Below, in pieces: positions 57,742 through 64,000 of a stretch of DNA of 64,000 nucleotides (position 1 is its first letter; each line of letters starts with the position of its first letter). The notes below the pieces were generated by a model. The model searched no databases, was not told where the DNA came from, and worked only from the letters and a program-made list of their open reading frames with translations. This DNA comes from an uncultured virus (IMG/VR IMGVR_UViG_3300021961_000029) (taxonomy: Duplodnaviria > Heunggongvirae > Uroviricota > Caudoviricetes): IMG/VR virus record IMGVR_UViG_3300021961_000029; one strand, given 5' to 3'. The position numbers and the translations under genes are program-made.

Positions 57742-58406
57742 TAAAAATCGGGATATGTTTTTGTGCTACCGTATTTATTTTTTGCTTTTAAAACAGTTCT
57801 TTCGTTAATATCGGTTACAGTACCAACACCTCCTGTATTGTTTTCACCTCGTCCTTTTTCATCACCATCTGACAATGCATTGGGATTACCAGAAGAGTAA
57901 CCAAAATTGTTGTTATAAATATTTTTAGCAATAAGAGTGGTTCTTTCATTGATATCGGTTAAGGTACCAACACCACCTGAATTGTTTTCACCTCTTCCTC
58001 TTTCGTCACCATCTGATAATGCGTTAGGATTACCTGATGAGTATTGAAATGAATTATTGTAGACGTTTTTAGCAACAAGAGTGTTTCTTTCTGTGATATC
58101 AGTCTTAGAACCTATATTACCACTTAACTCTCCTTTACCTTTTTCATCACCATCCGAAAGTGCGTTAGCATTTCCACTTCCGTACTGATTGGTTGGTCCA
58201 TAAATGTTTTTGGATTGTAATGAGGTTCTTTCACCGATATCGGTTTTTGAACCAATACTACCACTTAATTCACCCTTACCTCTTTCGTCACCGTCTGATA
58301 ATGCACCTGTATTGCTTGAACTATATAAATCCCCGTAGTTGTATTCATTTCTTGATACAAGAAGGTTTCTTTCTCTGTCTCCGATTATTTCTAATTGTGT
58401 TGGCAT
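57741..58406 (-). CDS. protein of four 47-48-aa repeats
   Basis: ALSDGDE[RK]G[RK]GE...TDIxER...KNxY four times. Confidence 0.8.
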   Translation of the reverse strand: MPTQLEIIGDRERNLLVSRNEYNYGDLYSSSNTGALSDGDERGKGELSGSIGSKTDIGERTSLQSKNIYGPTNQYGSGNANALSDGDEKGKGELSGNIGSKTDITERNTLVAKNVYNNSFQYSSGNPNALSDGDERGRGENNSGGVGTLTDINERTTLIAKNIYNNNFGYSSGNPNALSDGDEKGRGENNTGGVGTVTDINERTVLKAKNKYGSTKTYPDF

Positions 58407-58407
58407 A

Positions 58408-58935
58408 TTAATAACTAATTAATTTTTTTATTTTATCAATCTCTTCGAATAGTTTCATAGATGTTAAAGGTGAAACACTGGTTTTGTGGGAATTACTTTT
58501 AACCAAATTTATTGGGACTTTGAAACTAAATCTTTTTGTGTGTGATTTCAAGTGACTGTTTTTTCTCTCACCAGTCATTGATGTTATATCATCCGCCCTT
58601 TTTTTGGAGTCTTTCCTATTACTTATTAAATCTCTTTCTCCTTGTAAAAATTGTTTAGCCCATTTTTCCATCAAATCTCCACCGCATAAGTCATATTTAA
58701 CTTTTTCATTCATTTTATCCATGTTTTGAATATCATGAATTATCCTCTTGAGTTGACCGTATTTTACTTTTTTATCGATTAAAAGTTTTTTAGCTCTTTG
58801 AATACCACGCACATTTTCACTATTTAAACCAACTACTGTATGGTTTATCTTATCTAAAATGTCCTGAGGAATATCAAAAATCCTTCCTTTTAATTCTTTA
58901 TTCATCGGTTTCGTCTTCTGATTTAAGAATGTCAA
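58408..58935 (-). CDS. hypothetical protein
   Basis: basic ORF; start uncertain. Confidence 0.7.
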   Translation of the reverse strand: MTFLNQKTKPMNKELKGRIFDIPQDILDKINHTVVGLNSENVRGIQRAKKLLIDKKVKYGQLKRIIHDIQNMDKMNEKVKYDLCGGDLMEKWAKQFLQGERDLISNRKDSKKRADDITSMTGERKNSHLKSHTKRFSFKVPINLVKSNSHKTSVSPLTSMKLFEEIDKIKKLISY

Positions 58936-59656
58936 TTACATCCTCAACTGACAAATTATTTTTAACTAAAGTATTTTTTAAAGAAGTGATTTGTCTTTTG
59001 ATAATTGGATTTAATTCACCCTTAATGTCTTCGGTTTGGTCTTTTTTAACCAAATCCTCTGAGGATGATTTTTTTCTTATGACACTTTCAACGTAATCTT
59101 TTACAAATTTTTTTGGGTTTTCTATTAATCTTACTTTATCACCTTTTAAATTTTCATCGTAACCATATGATGATAATCTTTCTTTACTTTCATCATCACC
59201 CATACCAAGGTCATCTTCAAAATATTCATATGCATCTTCAATGTCCTCATCTTGACCCAAAGTATTTTTATAACCTAAAGCTTTACTTAAATCAGATTCC
59301 GCCCAATATCTTAAAGATGTGTGAGTACCATGAACACCGTGAATACCCATTGACCCAGCTCCAGTGTATACCACTTTGTCAGTCGTTGATTTTGAACCAC
59401 CTTTACTTGATTTTGTATTTGGTGTTTTTCTTCTAGCGATATTACCTTTTTCGTCAACTATTTCATCTACCTCAGTTTCAACCTTTTCTGGTATTTTTTC
59501 AAAGTCGGTATCGTCAGAATATTCTTTAGCCCATTTGGACCATTTGTTTCTTTCTTTCTTTGATGTTGATTTGTCGTTCGCCTTGGCATAAAAGAATCTT
59601 TGTTGTTTTTTGGACGCAAAAGTTTCCTCAATAATATTTTTAATGTATTTATCCAT
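58898..59656 (-). CDS. hypothetical protein
   Basis: FASKKQQRFFYA motif. Confidence 0.75.
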   Translation of the reverse strand: MDKYIKNIIEETFASKKQQRFFYAKANDKSTSKKERNKWSKWAKEYSDDTDFEKIPEKVETEVDEIVDEKGNIARRKTPNTKSSKGGSKSTTDKVVYTGAGSMGIHGVHGTHTSLRYWAESDLSKALGYKNTLGQDEDIEDAYEYFEDDLGMGDDESKERLSSYGYDENLKGDKVRLIENPKKFVKDYVESVIRKKSSSEDLVKKDQTEDIKGELNPIIKRQITSLKNTLVKNNLSVEDVIDILKSEDETDE

Positions 59657-59713
59657 GCAAATATCTTTTTTAATATAAATATCAAAAGAAAGGAAAGATA
59701 TTTATAGAATAGC

Positions 59714-61084
59714 ATGAATAGTCAAAACATACTTAAATTTTGGGGGAGTAAATTAGATTTACAACTCGATTCTTCGGAATATTACGATTACGAAATTTCT
59801 AAAACTGAATTAGATTATGATAGTTTGGTTTTGGATTTGGATAATAGTATATCATATACAGGATTGACTATTAACACAACAGGTATGACCGGAACTGATT
59901 GTGTAAGGGATACTATATCCCTACTTGAAGTGAATTTAACCTCTTATATAACAGGTTCATTATTTTCAGGTTGGTCTTGGGTTTTACCTTATAGTGGATT
60001 TACAACCCAACTACAAAATTCAGATTTAATTTTAGAGAATGATGTTTATGAATACATCGATGGAAGTGGTTATAAACATTATTTTGTTCATAATGCGAAC
60101 ATTTATAATGACCCCGCATCCAATCCAAATTCTCTAAATGTTGCAAATTTTAATGGGATTGGTGCCAAATATCCTTGTGTCACAGAAATTATCAGTGATA
60201 ATTGTTGTCCTCAAGACCCAATTCCAACCGCAAAACCATGGGCATATCAAATAAATCATGGTGCTGGAACTGATAATTGTTCTTACAAAGTACAGAGAAG
60301 AAATGAAAAAGGTTGGACAATTGATTTGGTACTTAATAAAGATGGTTCTAATTGGACAAGTGGAAGGACGATTTATTATTTAGGTGTTAGAAATGAGAGT
60401 TCAATATCAAATTACGCAGATAATAATCTATCATTTTCATTCACAAATGATGGTAGAATACAATGGAGAGCAATTAGATATTCAGGTGTTTGTGTGACCG
60501 ATAGTGGTTATACAGAATCATATTATACTTCATCGGGTCAAACACCCGTATTATGTGTTAGTGGTACGTCAAAAGATTTTAATGTTACAATTACTTTTGA
60601 ACGAGATAAGTATTATACGGATTGTAATTTAGAAAATGATGGTGGGTGGAATGATTTAATACCGGGAATAAAAACTATTCCATATACCGATACTGTTATC
60701 ACCGCAGTAACATCAACACAAACAACTATTTATACAACTGCGGAAGAATTAAATAAGAAATGGGCGTTAGAAAGAAATAGAAGATTGGGTACTTTAAAAA
60801 TTTATTTAAACGGCAGAACAATCTATAAATTAAAAGGATGGGAAGAAGTTATACCATCAACTAGAGGTGACCAACCATTTATACAATCATGGGCTGGTGG
60901 TACTCAATATTCAGGTGGAATTCATAATATGGGTACCTCTTGTTTTAATTTTAAAAGAGTCCAATATTATCAAGAACCATTAAACTACGTAAGGGTAAGA
61001 CATCATTATTTGGTTGATATTAAACCAAATTACGATATAATTGAATGTGTTGAAGATTGTGTGGATAGCATGGTAGGACTTTAA
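59714..61084 (+). CDS. putative virion/tail protein (LamG-like strands)
   Basis: GWTIDL...GTLKIYLNG. Confidence 0.55.
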   Translation: MNSQNILKFWGSKLDLQLDSSEYYDYEISKTELDYDSLVLDLDNSISYTGLTINTTGMTGTDCVRDTISLLEVNLTSYITGSLFSGWSWVLPYSGFTTQLQNSDLILENDVYEYIDGSGYKHYFVHNANIYNDPASNPNSLNVANFNGIGAKYPCVTEIISDNCCPQDPIPTAKPWAYQINHGAGTDNCSYKVQRRNEKGWTIDLVLNKDGSNWTSGRTIYYLGVRNESSISNYADNNLSFSFTNDGRIQWRAIRYSGVCVTDSGYTESYYTSSGQTPVLCVSGTSKDFNVTITFERDKYYTDCNLENDGGWNDLIPGIKTIPYTDTVITAVTSTQTTIYTTAEELNKKWALERNRRLGTLKIYLNGRTIYKLKGWEEVIPSTRGDQPFIQSWAGGTQYSGGIHNMGTSCFNFKRVQYYQEPLNYVRVRHHYLVDIKPNYDIIECVEDCVDSMVGL

Positions 61085-61116
61085 AAATACTAAACAAAAT
61101 ATTATATTTTAAATAA

Positions 61117-62151
61117 ATGGATACTTTAAAAATAGTCTCAACAAATTATACTGGTCAATCGGCGGTTATTACATACTATCCCGATACGGGTGGGACTATT
61201 AATTTGGGTACACAAGTTTTACCATACGATTATGTTGCACCTTATTTTTATGGGACATATTCATTGTTTTTTCCGGCTTTTGGTAGTACATGTACTTTAT
61301 ATGTTATTGAAACGGGACCTTCACCGACACCAACAAGTTCCACAACCCCGTCTACCGTATTATCTTCACCAACACCAAGTATAACACCTTCATTAACACC
61401 AAGTAGAACACCTTCGGTAACACCTTCTCTTACCTCGTCGGTCACACCGTCGTTGACATCATCAATTACACCGACAAGTTCCGTTACTCCCTCACTAACA
61501 CCTACAGTTACACCAACACCAACTGTCACACCTTCATTAACACCAAGTAGAACACCTTCTATAACACCAACTATCACTCCAACATCATCAATAACACCGA
61601 CATTAACACCAACTATCACCCCAACATTAACACCAACTCCAACTCCAACAAGTGCGTTTAGTGCTGGTTTATATAAAACAACATATTCTGGTTATCATAG
61701 CGAAAATCCGGCGTTTTTCGCAACTGCAACCCCAACGACCTTTGGTACAAATCCTGCCACCTCGGTTCAAACAACTTCAATAACTGAACCATCAAGTAAT
61801 GACGGGTCTGATTTTAGTTGTCAATGGTTGGGGTATTTTAAGGCAACAACAACAGAAACATATACATTCTTCTTATCAAGTGATGATGGTTCTTATCTTT
61901 GGATTGGTGCAAATGCATTATCAGGTTTTACCACCGCTAATTCAAATATAAACAATGGTGGTGCTCATGGGGTTCAGGAAGTATCGGCTACGTTTTCATT
62001 AGTTGCTGGAAATTACTATCCAATAAGAATACAATTTGGTGAAATTGGTGGTGGTGATGTTATGACATTTAGTTACTCATCGCCGACCATAACAAAAACA
62101 ACAAATGTGACAGGTTTAGTTTTTTATAATCCTTCAACAAATGGATTTTAA
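61117..62151 (+). CDS. PA14-domain protein with a long Pro/Thr/Ser linker
   Basis: FSCQWLGYF...YTFFLSSDDGSYLWI...YYPIRIQFGE. Confidence 0.85.
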   Translation: MDTLKIVSTNYTGQSAVITYYPDTGGTINLGTQVLPYDYVAPYFYGTYSLFFPAFGSTCTLYVIETGPSPTPTSSTTPSTVLSSPTPSITPSLTPSRTPSVTPSLTSSVTPSLTSSITPTSSVTPSLTPTVTPTPTVTPSLTPSRTPSITPTITPTSSITPTLTPTITPTLTPTPTPTSAFSAGLYKTTYSGYHSENPAFFATATPTTFGTNPATSVQTTSITEPSSNDGSDFSCQWLGYFKATTTETYTFFLSSDDGSYLWIGANALSGFTTANSNINNGGAHGVQEVSATFSLVAGNYYPIRIQFGEIGGGDVMTFSYSSPTITKTTNVTGLVFYNPSTNGF

Positions 62152-62184
62152 TTAAAATAAAAAGAATAATATTTATTAATCAAT

Positions 62185-62553
62185 ATGGAATTTTTTATAC
62201 GACAAGGAGCATCTGACCCAATACTTAAAATGAGGTTAATTGATGATGGTAAAAATGACAAATCCGGATTTAATGATTTGTTAGAAAGTTGTGACATCAC
62301 ATTTGATATGTACGATGCAAAAACGGGTGAACCTGAAATATTAAATTCAGATTGTTTAATAACAACTAGAGATAAAAAATACAATCAAACCACTGACGAG
62401 TATTATATAACTCACAGATTTACAGAATCTCAAACATCAAAAATTGGTAAATACGAGGGTAAGATTACCGTACAATTTTTAGATACCAATTTAAATCCAA
62501 CAACAAAACTGATACTTCCGATAAAGGAAAAATTATTTATTACCATATTTTGA
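62185..62553 (+). CDS. BppU-like structural protein
   Basis: FFIRQG...T..IGKYEGKITV. Confidence 0.55.
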   Translation: MEFFIRQGASDPILKMRLIDDGKNDKSGFNDLLESCDITFDMYDAKTGEPEILNSDCLITTRDKKYNQTTDEYYITHRFTESQTSKIGKYEGKITVQFLDTNLNPTTKLILPIKEKLFITIF

Positions 62554-62639
62554 TATTTGGTAGTAATTTCGTATACTTGTTATAAGGCAAACTACAACAC
62601 GGTGTTGTAAGCAAATATGTCAAAACAAAAATATACGAT

Positions 62640-64000
62640 ATGTCAGAAGTAATTTCTCAAGAGGTAATCGAGAACTTTTTAAATGGTTGGGACCCCGAAG
62701 AATTCATTGTTGGGGTGGAATACGATTATCAACACAACAAAATCTACAAAATTATTCAAGACCCTGTAAGGGGTAAGGTTGTTAAACCTGATTCATTAAC
62801 TCCATTTCTTTGGGTGGGTGACTTAAGTTCTTGCAATTTTTATCAAGGAAGTAAGTCCTTACAAAAGAAAAAAATGGGGGAGTATGGTATCATAATCGAT
62901 AAACTTGAAACCCATGGTAACGAAAGACTTGAAAATGGTCAGTGTTATTTGGTTAAAAGTCTAAAGGGTTATCGAGAATTGATTAACTTTTTTAAACAAG
63001 GTGGAATAGACCCTTGGGGTGAAAAATTTAGACATTTGTTTACGATACTGTCACCTGTTGAACAATATCTGATTCAAAAGAAAAAAAGATTATTCAAGGG
63101 TATTGACGATTATTCGGGTGTTCATCGTTTTGTATTCGATATTGAGACCACGGGTCTTGAACCCGAAACCAATGAGATAATTCTTATTGGAGTAAAAGAC
63201 AATCGTGGTTTACAAAAAACAATTCCAGCTTTTGGTCCTGATGGTGAAAAAAAATGTATTGAACAATTTTTTGAAATCATAAAGGATTTAAAACCAACAA
63301 TTATTGGTGGTTATAATTCAGCGTCATTTGACTTTCCTTTTATTCTTAAAAGAGCAGAAATTCTTGGTGTTGATATTGAAGAGTGTACCGCGATTCTAAC
63401 CTCTGATGGTATTAAACAAAAAGAAGGGGTTCTTAAATTAGCAAATGAGGTCGAACCTTATACCCAACATATAATATGGGGACACAATATTGTTGATATT
63501 GCACACGCTGTAAGAAGAGCCCAAGCAATTAACTCTGAAATTAAATCGTGGGGTTTGAAGTATATTACACAGTATTTGGAAAAAGAAAAACCAAATCGTG
63601 TATATGTTGATGGTGCATTCATTTCTAAAATTTATTTGGAAAATGATAGTTACTACATCAACCCTAAAACAGGTAAATATAAAAAGATAGGTGAGCCGGG
63701 AACGGAAAATCTTTTAGACAAGTATCCCGGTAAGTATGAAATTTGGCCAGGTGAAAGAATTGTAGAACAATATCTTGACGATGACTTGTACGAAACAATG
63801 ATTGTGGATGATTCCTTCTCTCAATCAACTTTTTTACTTTCTAAATTGGTACCAACAACCTATGAAAGGATTGCAACTATGGGTACTGCGACTCTTTGGA
63901 AAATTATCATGTTGGCTTGGTCCTATGAAAATGGATTGGCGATACCAACAAAAGATGAGAAGAGAGCAATTACTGGTGGTTTATCAAGATTGTTAAACGT
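62640..64000 (+). CDS. family-B DNA polymerase, 5' part with exonuclease domain; runs off the window and is not in the ORF track
   Basis: hand translation MSEVISQEVIENFL...FVFDIETTGL (ExoI)...GGYNSASFDFPFI (ExoII)...YLDDD (ExoIII). Confidence 0.9.
   Translation, partial: MSEVISQEVIENFLNGWDPEEFIVGVEYDYQHNKIYKIIQDPVRGKVVKPDSLTPFLWVGDLSSCNFYQGSKSLQKKKMGEYGIIIDKLETHGNERLENGQCYLVKSLKGYRELINFFKQGGIDPWGEKFRHLFTILSPVEQYLIQKKKRLFKGIDDYSGVHRFVFDIETTGLEPETNEIILIGVKDNRGLQKTIPAFGPDGEKKCIEQFFEIIKDLKPTIIGGYNSASFDFPFILKRAEILGVDIEECTAILTSDGIKQKEGVLKLANEVEPYTQHIIWGHNIVDIAHAVRRAQAINSEIKSWGLKYITQYLEKEKPNRVYVDGAFISKIYLENDSYYINPKTGKYKKIGEPGTENLLDKYPGKYEIWPGERIVEQYLDDDLYETMIVDDSFSQSTFLLSKLVPTTYERIATMGTATLWKIIMLAWSYENGLAIPTKDEKRAITGGLSRLLN

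Noticed and set aside
61248..61619. Val/Gly-rich antisense ORF, and similar ones at 60-455, 19590-19904, 29423-29887 and 38212-38682
   Set aside because: Mirror frames of low-complexity sense genes
62584..62620. c-di-GMP-I riboswitch-like GGCAAAC...GCAAA upstream of the polymerase
   Set aside because: Only one hairpin (tacaaca/tgttgta); no GNRA/receptor or second stem. It may be a simple operator
63802..63996. 64-aa ORF at the window end
   Set aside because: It is an out-of-frame shadow inside the polymerase gene that starts at 62640

Overview
An AT-rich 64-kb segment of a large T4-like (jumbo-type) phage, most likely infecting Bacteroidota. Host clues are TAnnTTTG -7 promoters, a T9SS sorting-domain protein and bS21 inside the head-gene cluster. 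It holds a tmRNA and 26 tRNAs in two minus-strand operons. Protein genes include RNA-repair functions (Rnl1-type ligase, Pnk-type kinase, cyclic-phosphate receiver protein), a Clp ATPase, a secreted cohesin/dockerin/CsgG-like cluster, terminase-portal-protease-scaffold-capsid genes, a gp55-like sigma factor, nucleotide-metabolism and glycosyltransferase genes, and the 5' part of a family-B DNA polymerase. Main discovery: each tRNA operon is headed by a host-type promoter, an unannotated leader peptide, an antiterminator/terminator switch and an rRNA-like boxA. Each leader peptide is written almost entirely in the codons read by the tRNAs of its own operon, and the two operons split the genetic code between them. 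This looks like a ribosome-stalling attenuator that senses loss of any tRNA and switches on the replacement set. Second highlight: four covarying structured RNA repeats (Y-RNA-like candidates) next to a large TerD-fused gene. All calls are by eye; no searches or folding programs were run.
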